Assembly: GCA_046566325.1 (NCBI GenBank)
Contig: JBKHWX010000236.1
Span: 1-47,286 of the forward strand
Length of the DNA stretch: 47,286 nucleotides
Source of the DNA: Actinomycetes bacterium
Lineage (GTDB): Bacteria > Actinomycetota > Actinomycetes > Actinomycetales > BWSM-131
Direction of reading: 5' to 3'
Each line of letters starts with the position of its first letter. Within the stretch, counting starts at the first letter, position 1. Below, in pieces: positions 38,383-46,935 of the stretch. The translations under genes were made by a program, and so were the position numbers. The notes below the pieces were generated by a model. It was not told the DNA's origin and did not search any database. It saw nothing but the letters and a program-made list of their open reading frames with translations.

Positions 38383-41159
38383 GTCCCGGGCCGAGCGACG
38401 CCAGCAGGTTCCCGCAGCTCACCTACACCTCCTTCGACCGCGGCGACGGCCAGGGAGGGTGGCAGGTGAAGGACACGGTCGGCGACCTCGACGGCGCCGA
38501 GGAGACCTACCTCCTGCGGCACGTCAACACGCACGCGCAGACGCTGGGAGCACTGCCGCAGTTCCCCTCTCCGGAGGAGATCAGTGCTCGCTGTCGAACC
38601 CTCGTCTACCGCAACGACCGCGCCGGCTCCGCTGCCTACTGGCACAGCATCCCTGCCGGGCACGACGCGGCCGGCCGGCCGGGCAACGTCTTCATCCACG
38701 CGCTCGTCGACCGCCACCCGGAGGAACCCTTTCCGCCGCTTCGGCCGGTCGAGCTGTGGCGGTCCCCCTTCTGGCTGGTTCCTTTCGGCGGCCCCGAGGT
38801 CCAGCAGGCGACCCTGTCGCCCGAGGTCCCGGCTCCGGGCCACGTGGTCGACCGCGACCGGGTCGTGGAGTTCCTGCTGGACCCCACGGCGTTCAGGCTC
38901 CCCGTCCTCGCGGTACTGCTCGACGCCGTCCGCGCCAGGCTGGACGACGCCGAGCGACCAGGACCACCGGTGGTCCTGGTCGTCCCCAGCGCCGACGAGG
39001 GGGCTCTCTGGCTCGGGGCGGTGTCACAGCTGACGTCCCCGGGGACTGCCCGGCACCTCGGCTTCACCATCGGGGAGCCGCTCGACCGTCTCGTCGCGGA
39101 CCCCGAGCGTCGCGGCGACCTCAACGCCGTGCTCGACAGCGACGGGAGGACGGAGAGCAGCGTCCCGGACCTCCTCCTGGTCGACGTGACCCGTCCGGTG
39201 ACGCTCGGCGAGCTCGACGGAGCCCCGCACCTGACGGCGCAGGGGTCGGCGGTGCCGGTCACCGAGTGGTCGGTGCTGGCGGCGGAGGTCCTGCAGGACC
39301 CGGACGTCGCGAGCAGCCTGCTGGCGTCGCTCGAGGACATGGCTCTGCGCCTGGGCGACCATGACCTCGCCCCGGCACTCCCGCTCGCCCTCACGGTGGC
39401 CGCGACGCCGGAGACGTGGCCGGACGCCGGCGACGAAGCGGTGCGTGTGCTCCACCGCTCGGCGCCGAGCAGGCTGCTCGAGCGGGAGGATCTCGCGGAG
39501 ACGGTCGCGCAGCTGCTGCGCCACACCCTGGGGACGACCGCGGCCAGCGCGTGGGACACGGTGCGGCCGTCCGTGGCCGTTCGGCCCCCCTCGCTGCTGC
39601 TCGGGCTGGCGCTCGGCCTCTACGCCGAACGAGTCCTGCGGGACGAGCACTGGCTCGCGCGGCGGGGGGGAGTACCGCCCGAGGGCCGCGTGCAGGTCGC
39701 GGACCGCGAGCGGGCGCGCCTTGCCGGCGAGCTCAGCGTCGTCCTCCAGCGCCTCGACGAGCTGGCACGAGAACCCGACCGCGCGGGTGAGGGGACGCTG
39801 TTCGACGCGCTGGTCGCGGTCAGGGCCATCGACTTCGCAGACCGCAGCGACCTGTTCGCCGAGGCCGCCCCCACCGTCCGCGAGGATGCCGAGCTCCTGG
39901 TCCAGCGCCTCGTCCTGCCCATGCTGCTCGACCCGCACGCCGGCGATGCCCTCGTCGGCTCGTGCGGAGCGGTCGCCGAGGCCACCCTGGCCGCCTTCTT
40001 CCGCCCCCTCATGTCCCTCGAGCTGCACGGAAGGTCGCCTGGGCATGGGCCCTCGCCCCAGGTGCTCGACTGGTTGTTCCCCTCGGCGCCCGCCTTCCCC
40101 AGCGCGGCGGAGATGGCCCAGTCGTCCGACCTCCCCGACCCGCTCCTGCTGGAGCTAGCGGTCTCGCTGGTCCGCCGCGGACGATCCCTCGCGCAGGGGC
40201 CCGGGGGAACGCCCGAGCAGGACGTCCGGCCGTTCGCGCTCTGGGGGCTGCTCACCACGCACCCCGAGGAGCCGCCCGCGGCTGACGTGGCCGCCTGCTT
40301 CTCCGGTCCGCCGTGGGAGCCGGCGGCGCTCCGGGTGACCCTCGAACACCTCGGACCACGACTGCGGCCCGGCCAGCTGCTGCAGACGGTCCTGGCGGCG
40401 CCGCGAAGCGAGGACCTCAAGGCGTTGTGCGACCTCATCCTGTCCGCACCACCGGGCGAGCGGCTCCCGGCTCCGGGGGCACGGCCGGACGACGCCCGGC
40501 TGCTCGGCGACGCATCGGCGCTTCGGCTGCGGAGCGCGGCGCGGTGGTGGACGCGCTACAACCCCGCGGAGCAGGCTCAGCAGCTGCTGGACCAGTACCT
40601 GGCCCTCGACCGCCGGGGTCTCGGCGCGTTGCTCGCGGCGGATGCCCAGGTGTCGGTGATCGTCGCCCTGGCGCTGAGGGCGATCGTCGCACCGTTCCGG
40701 ACGAGCGTCCCGCGGGGCGAGACGCTCCTCGCGTGGCACCGCGAGGAGCAAGGGGTCCGTGCGGCGGCAGAGCGGCTCGCGTACGCGGTGAGCCGTCGGT
40801 CGAACCTCGATGCCGCGCTGGCGGCGGCCGCACTCGCCACCGACCGCGCCGCGCCGCGGAACGACCTGCGAGAAGCGCCCGTGGTGCGGGCGCTGGCCCC
40901 TCTCGCAGGCGGCTCACGGTCGTTCTTCGGGGAGGCGTTCTCGATCCGCACCTCCTCGATTCCCGAGTCTCGGGACGCCGTCGAACGCGACGTGCTGCTG
41001 CCCGCCGTCACGTCCGCGCTCCAGCGGCTGTTGCAGCTTCGAAACTCGGCCGGCGAGATGGACGAGTTGGAGAAGTTCGCGAAGTCCTGGTGCAAGGAGA
41101 ACGCCGCACCGTCCGGAGGAGGTCTTCATGGCGCGCTCAGCCGTCTGCGGCGGTCCTGA
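38379..41159 (+). CDS. 926-aa GAP1-like (GTPase-associated protein 1-like) protein with a mostly helical C-terminal region
   Basis: GTG at 38379 overlaps the upstream stop (GTGA). N-terminus is FPQLTYTSFDRGDGQGGWQVKDTVG...GRPGNVFIHALV. The family assignment is from memory of the N-terminal motif only. Confidence 0.5.
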   Translation: MSPGPSDASRFPQLTYTSFDRGDGQGGWQVKDTVGDLDGAEETYLLRHVNTHAQTLGALPQFPSPEEISARCRTLVYRNDRAGSAAYWHSIPAGHDAAGRPGNVFIHALVDRHPEEPFPPLRPVELWRSPFWLVPFGGPEVQQATLSPEVPAPGHVVDRDRVVEFLLDPTAFRLPVLAVLLDAVRARLDDAERPGPPVVLVVPSADEGALWLGAVSQLTSPGTARHLGFTIGEPLDRLVADPERRGDLNAVLDSDGRTESSVPDLLLVDVTRPVTLGELDGAPHLTAQGSAVPVTEWSVLAAEVLQDPDVASSLLASLEDMALRLGDHDLAPALPLALTVAATPETWPDAGDEAVRVLHRSAPSRLLEREDLAETVAQLLRHTLGTTAASAWDTVRPSVAVRPPSLLLGLALGLYAERVLRDEHWLARRGGVPPEGRVQVADRERARLAGELSVVLQRLDELAREPDRAGEGTLFDALVAVRAIDFADRSDLFAEAAPTVREDAELLVQRLVLPMLLDPHAGDALVGSCGAVAEATLAAFFRPLMSLELHGRSPGHGPSPQVLDWLFPSAPAFPSAAEMAQSSDLPDPLLLELAVSLVRRGRSLAQGPGGTPEQDVRPFALWGLLTTHPEEPPAADVAACFSGPPWEPAALRVTLEHLGPRLRPGQLLQTVLAAPRSEDLKALCDLILSAPPGERLPAPGARPDDARLLGDASALRLRSAARWWTRYNPAEQAQQLLDQYLALDRRGLGALLAADAQVSVIVALALRAIVAPFRTSVPRGETLLAWHREEQGVRAAAERLAYAVSRRSNLDAALAAAALATDRAAPRNDLREAPVVRALAPLAGGSRSFFGEAFSIRTSSIPESRDAVERDVLLPAVTSALQRLLQLRNSAGEMDELEKFAKSWCKENAAPSGGGLHGALSRLRRS

Positions 41160-41222
41160 CCCTGTCAGTCGAGGACCTGTCGGCCGCCGGACGACGGCGC
41201 TCGGGAGCGGGGAGATGCGCTG

Positions 41223-42269
41223 ATGCCCGTCTACATCCTCGAGGGCTCGGCAAGCGCCCTGCTCGGTCACGGCACCGTGACGGTCTCGCTGGCAGCTCCC
41301 GGCATCGTCGACACACCGCGGCTCGACGTCGTCGGAGAGGGTGCCGACACGACGAGAGCGATCGCACCGCGGCCCGGGCTTCTGGTCCTGCCGTCGCTGC
41401 GAGAGCACGTTCTGCTGCGTGTCTCCCCGCCCTCGAGGGAGCGTGCGCACGGCGTGCACGTCTTCCCGGACGGGACGGTCGTCACGATCTCGCTGAGCAC
41501 GGGACGGGACGGCGACCCGGCCGCGGACAGGGCCGTCCTGAACCACGTCGACGTCTCCGGCCTGCCCTACAAGGACCTCGTGTCCGTCACCCCCACCCGC
41601 GACGGTGTCGTGGTCGCGGCGCTCGAGGCCGTGGCCGAGGACCCGCTGCCCCCCCTGGCGTCGGCGGCACGGATGGTGGCCCGGTCGATCCTGGGCGTCG
41701 AGCGCGTGCCCGAAGACTCGGCCGTCGAGGTTCTGGTCGCCGTGGACACGTCGGCCTCGATCCAGCCCTGCCGCGCGGACGGCAGCCTGGAGTCGGCGCT
41801 GGAGGTGCTGACCGGCGTCAGCCAGGTCATGAGCCGTGAGCGGTCGGTGCGGCTGGCACTGTTCGGCAGCCGTCCGACGCTCTTCCCCGTCGTGCCACCC
41901 GCGGAGGTGCCTGCGTCGCTCCTCGACTCGCTCCAGCCCGCGCCGACGAGCTACGGGCTGCAGGGCCAGCTTCCCGAGCTGCCGGGGGCGGGCCGCTGCA
42001 TCACCTACCTGCTGACGAACGGTCCGGTGAGCGCGACACCGTCCGGGTCCGCGACCCGGAAGGTGCACCCCGTCGTCCTGGCGCCTCGCTCCGCCTGGCC
42101 GCTGCTGGCGAGGCCGGACGCCGCCGCGTCGTTCGTCCCGGTCCCGGACCGGGGCGAGGAGGCTCGCGGCCTCGTCGCGGAGCCGCACACCCTGCACCCG
42201 CTGGTCGGCTCGCTCCTCAGGAGCTGCGTGCCCGCGGGGTCCCCTCTCGCCGAAAGGCTCTCCAGATGA
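41223..42269 (+). CDS. Cytoplasmic vWA-like protein (348 aa) with a DxSxS MIDAS motif
   Basis: EVLVAVDTSASIQPCRADGSLESALEVL. DTSAS lies at 41745-41759. The later LLTNG replaces the usual xxDG. No signal peptide or TM segment. Confidence 0.55.
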   Translation: MPVYILEGSASALLGHGTVTVSLAAPGIVDTPRLDVVGEGADTTRAIAPRPGLLVLPSLREHVLLRVSPPSRERAHGVHVFPDGTVVTISLSTGRDGDPAADRAVLNHVDVSGLPYKDLVSVTPTRDGVVVAALEAVAEDPLPPLASAARMVARSILGVERVPEDSAVEVLVAVDTSASIQPCRADGSLESALEVLTGVSQVMSRERSVRLALFGSRPTLFPVVPPAEVPASLLDSLQPAPTSYGLQGQLPELPGAGRCITYLLTNGPVSATPSGSATRKVHPVVLAPRSAWPLLARPDAAASFVPVPDRGEEARGLVAEPHTLHPLVGSLLRSCVPAGSPLAERLSR

Positions 42270-43414
42270 GCAAGTGCCCGCACTGCTTCCGCGCCCTTCC
42301 GCCGGACCGGTACGTCTTCGCCTGCCGTTCGGGCAAGTGCACCCCGAACCACGACGCGGAGGCCAGCGCTTTCCACGGCGCGTCGATCTCGACGCCGCCG
42401 CTGCGCGTCCTGACCGCTCCGGAGAACGCGCGGAGAGGTTGGACGCCCGGTCAGTCGGTCCACTGCGCGGCGTGCGGGGGGCCCACGTACGAGGCGTGCC
42501 CGTGGTGCCACTACTGGCTCCTCGAGGGGTGGCGGCACGCGGAGGTGACGTGCCTGGCGATGGCCGGAGCCCGGGCGACGGGCAAGAGCTTCTACATCGC
42601 CGTCGCCGTGAAGCAGCTCGAGAGGCTGGCGGAGCAGATGAACGTCGCGCTCCAGCCGGCGACGCAGCAGACCCAGCGCAGCTACACGGAGCGCTACGAG
42701 AAGCCTCTGTACGAGGACAGGGGGATCATCCCGCCGACACCGCCCGCCACGACGGCGGACTCCTACCAGCGGCACCCGTTGATCTTCAGCCTGGGCATGC
42801 GCGACGGGCGGCGGACGTACCTCGTGCTGCGCGACGTCGCGGGTGAGGACCTCGAGAACCACAGCACCGACGCCTTCCACCTGCAGTTCTTCGCACACGC
42901 GTCGGCGGTGGTCTTCCTGTTCGACCCCCTGTGGGTCCCCGAGGTCTACGGGCAGCTCCAGGGGCTGCTGCCGCACCAGCTCTTCCGGGGCGGCGACCCG
43001 CGGAAGGTGCTCGCGAACGTCCTGCGGCTCATCGACTCCGGGCGTCCCAGGCTCGCTGTCACGATCTCCAAGTTCGATGCGCTCCAGGCCCTTCGCAGGG
43101 TGGAGGGCACGGACTGGAGCCGGGTCATGTCGAACGCAGGGGCCGCCTTCCAGCGCGATCCCGGGCTCGCTCCCGAGTACGACTACCGGGACGGAGAGCT
43201 CCTGCACCACGAGGTGCGCAGCCTGCTCCAGCGACTCCATGCCGGCGCCGTCGTTGCGGCCGTGGAGAACCCGCACACCGGCGAGCCGCTGGCGCACCGG
43301 TTCTTCGCCGTCTCCGCCCTCGGGGAGTCGGCGGAAGGCGAGAGGCTGCACGACCGCGGCATCTCCCCGTTCCGGTGCCTGGATCCCATCCGTTGGGCGA
43401 TGCAGATGTCCTGA
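42266..43414 (+). CDS. Double zinc-ribbon plus P-loop (TRAFAC-type) GTPase
   Basis: ATG overlaps the upstream stop (ATGA). Zinc-ribbon cysteines: CPHC...CRSGKC and CAAC...CPWC. G1 motif GARATGKS (42566-42589), G3 motif LRDVAGE, G4-like motif ISKFD. Confidence 0.8.
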   Translation: MSKCPHCFRALPPDRYVFACRSGKCTPNHDAEASAFHGASISTPPLRVLTAPENARRGWTPGQSVHCAACGGPTYEACPWCHYWLLEGWRHAEVTCLAMAGARATGKSFYIAVAVKQLERLAEQMNVALQPATQQTQRSYTERYEKPLYEDRGIIPPTPPATTADSYQRHPLIFSLGMRDGRRTYLVLRDVAGEDLENHSTDAFHLQFFAHASAVVFLFDPLWVPEVYGQLQGLLPHQLFRGGDPRKVLANVLRLIDSGRPRLAVTISKFDALQALRRVEGTDWSRVMSNAGAAFQRDPGLAPEYDYRDGELLHHEVRSLLQRLHAGAVVAAVENPHTGEPLAHRFFAVSALGESAEGERLHDRGISPFRCLDPIRWAMQMS

Positions 43415-43415
43415 G

Positions 43416-45098
43416 TCACTGCTCGGAAGCGGGATCCAGCCTCGACCCGACCCCGTGACCGTCGGCCTGGGCCGGCGACGTGCCCCGCGTAGCCGAGGCC
43501 TTCCCTCCGGACACCGCGGTCACGACCGCCGTTCCGATCGGCGTCCCCATGCCCGTGCACGCGTCCCAGCCGGGCCCGGCGCTGTAGCCGGGGCTCTGTG
43601 TCGTGTTGTTACCCGAGGTGATGTCACGGAAGGCCTGCGGCGCGGAGTACAGGATCGGCTGCAACGGCGCCGCGGACGACCGGGTGGCCTCGTGGACGAG
43701 CGCGGTCAGCCCGGCCCACAGCGGTGCGACCGCGCTGGTACCGCCGAACACGAGATCCTTGCCGTCGACGTAGACCCGGTAGCCGGTCGCGGGGTCCGCA
43801 ACCGCGGCGACGTCGGGCACGCCGCGTCCGACACGTCCCCCGGGGTTGACGGAGGTGGGGTGCAGCGACGACTGGTACGCCGGGACGTCGAAGACGTCGC
43901 TCACCCCGCCTCCGGTGGCGCCCCCACCCTCGTTCCAGACCACCTCGGCCGAGATGGTCCCGCCCGAAGCCGTCAGCCGCGTGCCGCCGCAGGCTACGAC
44001 GTTCGGGCTGGAGGCCGGGAAGTCCGTGTGCGCCAAGCCGTCGCTGGCGCCGTCCGAGGACCCGTCGTCCCCGGCGGCACAGAACACCGAGACGCCCATC
44101 GCCACCGCGGTCTTGAACGCGGTGTCCATCGCGTCCAGCGACTGCCGCGTCCACGCCGCCTCGCGCTCCCCCCAGCTGATCGAGACCACCGAGGGCTGGT
44201 GGGTGGTGTCGTGGATCGCGGCGTTGACCGCGTCGAGAAAGCCTTGGTCGGTGTTGGGGGCGAAGTAGACGACGATGTCGGCGCCGGGTGCGACGGCCCC
44301 CGCCACCTCGATGTCGAGGACGACCTCCCCGTCGGCGCTCGTCGGGTCGCCGCTCGGCTGGTTGGCGGCGCCGTCGACGCCGACCGCCGTCACCGTGGGC
44401 GCGGGGTCGATGTGGAGGGAGCTGAAGTAGTGGTCCAGGTCGGCCTGCCGGAAGCCACCGCCGAGCTCGATGATCGCAATGGTCTGGCCAGCGCCACGGC
44501 CGGTGCTCGGAAACCGGTACAGCGAGGCCAGCTGCGGCACGGTGAACGAGGTGCCGGGTGCGCGGGCGGGGATGAAGTTCGGCCGCTCGCTGCCCGCCCA
44601 GGCCCGGAAGTGCGGCCGGGCCTGCGGGCGGGTGTCCAGGCCGAGCACAGCCTGCACCGCGGGCGCGAGCCACTGCGGCACGTGCACCGGTCCGGTGCGG
44701 CCGCGGACGACGCCGTCCGGGGTACGGAACAGCGCCAGCTCGACGCCGAAGGCCGCGGACATCGCCGCGGCCGTGCCGGTCAGCTCGACGCTGCGCGCCT
44801 CGGGACGTACGCCCGACACGGAGAGGTCGTTGTCGCGGGCGAACCGGCGGACCAGCTCGACGTCCGCCGGTGACGCGCCGAAGCGCTCGGCGACCTGCGC
44901 GCGGGTGAGATGGCCGCCTTCCCGGTGACCCTCTCGGGAGAGGCTCTGCACGACGTCCTCGAGCCCGTCGTCCGCCGGGCGCAGGACCACCGTGACGTGC
45001 AGCGGCTCCGTGGCGTCCGGGGCACCCATCGGCTCCCCGGACGGAGCCGCCGAGCGTTCGCTGCCCGGGACGGGCACGTGGTCGGGTCGAAGGACCAT
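43416..45098 (-). CDS. S53 (sedolisin/kumamolisin) family peptidase with a pro-kumamolisin activation domain
   Basis: Pro-domain sequence VVLRPADDG...LTRAQVAERFGASPADVELVRRFARDNDLSV. Catalytic-Ser motif GGTSAVAPLWAGL. Its stop is 1 nt from the convergent GTPase stop. Confidence 0.8.
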   Translation of the reverse strand: MVLRPDHVPVPGSERSAAPSGEPMGAPDATEPLHVTVVLRPADDGLEDVVQSLSREGHREGGHLTRAQVAERFGASPADVELVRRFARDNDLSVSGVRPEARSVELTGTAAAMSAAFGVELALFRTPDGVVRGRTGPVHVPQWLAPAVQAVLGLDTRPQARPHFRAWAGSERPNFIPARAPGTSFTVPQLASLYRFPSTGRGAGQTIAIIELGGGFRQADLDHYFSSLHIDPAPTVTAVGVDGAANQPSGDPTSADGEVVLDIEVAGAVAPGADIVVYFAPNTDQGFLDAVNAAIHDTTHQPSVVSISWGEREAAWTRQSLDAMDTAFKTAVAMGVSVFCAAGDDGSSDGASDGLAHTDFPASSPNVVACGGTRLTASGGTISAEVVWNEGGGATGGGVSDVFDVPAYQSSLHPTSVNPGGRVGRGVPDVAAVADPATGYRVYVDGKDLVFGGTSAVAPLWAGLTALVHEATRSSAAPLQPILYSAPQAFRDITSGNNTTQSPGYSAGPGWDACTGMGTPIGTAVVTAVSGGKASATRGTSPAQADGHGVGSRLDPASEQ

Positions 45099-45216
45099 GG
45101 GAACCTTCCCGTCGGACAGAGTGGGCGAGGCGCCACGCTACCGGCGTCATCGACATGTGTGACGCGGCGCGCGCGCTCCTCGCCCGGCCGTCGACCTGCG
45201 AGAGGACACGCGAACC

Positions 45217-45657
45217 GTGCGACCCCGACTCGACCTGCTCACCGTCGCCGTCTCCGACCTGGACGTCGCGAGGCGGTTCTACTGCGAGGGGCTCGGCTGG
45301 ACGGCGACCCTCGACGTCCCCGGGGAGGTGCTGTTCGTGCAGGTCAACCACGGCCTGCTCCTGGCGTTCTTCGGAGCCCGGGACCTCGCCGCCGACATGG
45401 GAGTGGGCTCGGGACCCGTCGTCCCCGGCTCCGGCTTCACCCTGGCCCACAACGTCGACAGCCCCGCCGCGGTACGCAACGTGCTCGCCGAGGCGGAGGC
45501 AGCGGGCGCCACGATCGTCAAGCCCGCGCAGCGGGCGGAGTGGGGCGGCTTCCACGGCTACTTCGTGGACCCGTGCGGGATCCGCTGGGAGGTGGCGCAC
45601 AACTCCGGTCTCCACGTCGCTCCGGACGGCACCATCAGCCTCGGCCCGGTGGAGTAG
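45217..45657 (+). CDS. VOC (glyoxalase/bleomycin-resistance) family protein
   Basis: LDLLTVAVSDLDVARRFYCEGLGW...GGFHGYFVDPCGIRWEVAHN. Confidence 0.75.
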   Translation: MRPRLDLLTVAVSDLDVARRFYCEGLGWTATLDVPGEVLFVQVNHGLLLAFFGARDLAADMGVGSGPVVPGSGFTLAHNVDSPAAVRNVLAEAEAAGATIVKPAQRAEWGGFHGYFVDPCGIRWEVAHNSGLHVAPDGTISLGPVE

Positions 45658-45682
45658 CGGCGCGAGATGGCCCTGGCCGGCG

Positions 45683-46876
45683 TCAGCCGGGAGGACTCCA
45701 GTCCACGACCGACGCCAGGCCGCGGACGAGGAGCCGCGGCGGCACCAGGGCGGTGGCCCGCGCAGCCAGCTGCCGCAGACCCAAGGCGAGCGGGGACGAC
45801 GCCTGGTTCAGGCGCCCTGCCGACCGCGACCTGCGCGCGAGCGTCGTCGTCCGGGGCAGCCGCAGCGCGGTGTACCGGTCGAGGGCCACGTCCAGGTCCC
45901 CGGACCGCGCGGCGGCGTCGTCCAGCAGTGCGCCGAGCGCGACGGCGTCCTCGAGCGCGAGGCAGCCGCCCTGGCCGAGCTCGGGAGTCATGGCGTGGGC
46001 GGCGTCGCCCAGGAGGGCCACGCGACCGCGCGCGAACGTCGGCAGCGCGTCGCGGAGCTCGACGACGTCGTGGTGCAGCACCTGCTCCGGCGTGAGCCCG
46101 GACAGGATCGACGGGATCGGCTCGTGCCAGTCCCCGAACCGGCGGCGCAGCTCGGCCAGCTCGTCGTCGTGCCGGACCCCCGCGGGCGCGTCGGCGGTCG
46201 CGTAGCAGTACACCTCGCCGTCCGCCATGGGCACGCACGCGAACCGCTCCCCGTCGCGACCCCACGTCTCCCACCCGGCCGCCTCCGGAGGCAGCTCCGC
46301 GATCAGCCGCCACGTCGTGTAGCCGGCGTAGGCGGGTCCCGGGTGCCCGGGGAACAGCCGCTCCCGGCACAGCGAGCCGATCCCGTCCGCGGCCACGACC
46401 AGGTCGGCGTCGACCTCCTCGTCGTCGTCCAGCTCCTCGTCGCGCAGGACGACGCGTGTTTGCCCGCCGCCGTCCCCCGGGACCACCGAGCGGACGGCGG
46501 CGCCGAGCCGCAGCGCACCCGGCGGCAGCGCCCCGGCGAGCAGGTCGGTCAGCTCGGGGCGCGGCAGCACGACCAGGGGGTCGCCGAAGCGCCGGCGAAG
46601 CTCGTCCGCGAAGTCCAACCGGGCGAGCCACCGCCCGTCCGGGCGACGCACTCCCATCGGGCCGCCGAACGCCGCCTTCGCCCGAACGGCGTCCCCGAGG
46701 CCCAGCCGGTCGAGCGCGCGAAGGGCGTTGGGCCAGAGCGAGATGCCTGCCCCGACCGGTTCCAGGGCGGGTGCTCTCTCGAGCACCCGTACCGCCCAGC
46801 CGGACCGGGCGAGGGCGGCACCCGCCGCGAGCCCTCCGATCCCGCCTCCGACGACGACCGCCGACCGGTCGCTCAC
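45683..46876 (-). CDS. FAD-dependent aromatic-ring monooxygenase (salicylate hydroxylase/UbiH-like)
   Basis: Dinucleotide-binding motif AVVVGGGIGGLAAGAALARSG, then LLGDAAHAMTPELGQGGCLALEDA. Confidence 0.8.
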   Translation of the reverse strand: MSDRSAVVVGGGIGGLAAGAALARSGWAVRVLERAPALEPVGAGISLWPNALRALDRLGLGDAVRAKAAFGGPMGVRRPDGRWLARLDFADELRRRFGDPLVVLPRPELTDLLAGALPPGALRLGAAVRSVVPGDGGGQTRVVLRDEELDDDEEVDADLVVAADGIGSLCRERLFPGHPGPAYAGYTTWRLIAELPPEAAGWETWGRDGERFACVPMADGEVYCYATADAPAGVRHDDELAELRRRFGDWHEPIPSILSGLTPEQVLHHDVVELRDALPTFARGRVALLGDAAHAMTPELGQGGCLALEDAVALGALLDDAAARSGDLDVALDRYTALRLPRTTTLARRSRSAGRLNQASSPLALGLRQLAARATALVPPRLLVRGLASVVDWSPPG

Positions 46877-46935
46877 CGCACCGCCCAGAAGGCGACCGGC
46901 TGCGGCGCGTCGAGCGCGCGCCGGCAGACCTCTTC

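Noticed and set aside
43416-45098. The S53 peptidase as a proteolytic effector of the GTPase/vWA system.
   Set aside because: It is convergently oriented and so not in the operon. S53 peptidases are common stand-alone genes. There is no sequence evidence linking it to the system, so only the 1-nt stop spacing was kept as an observation.
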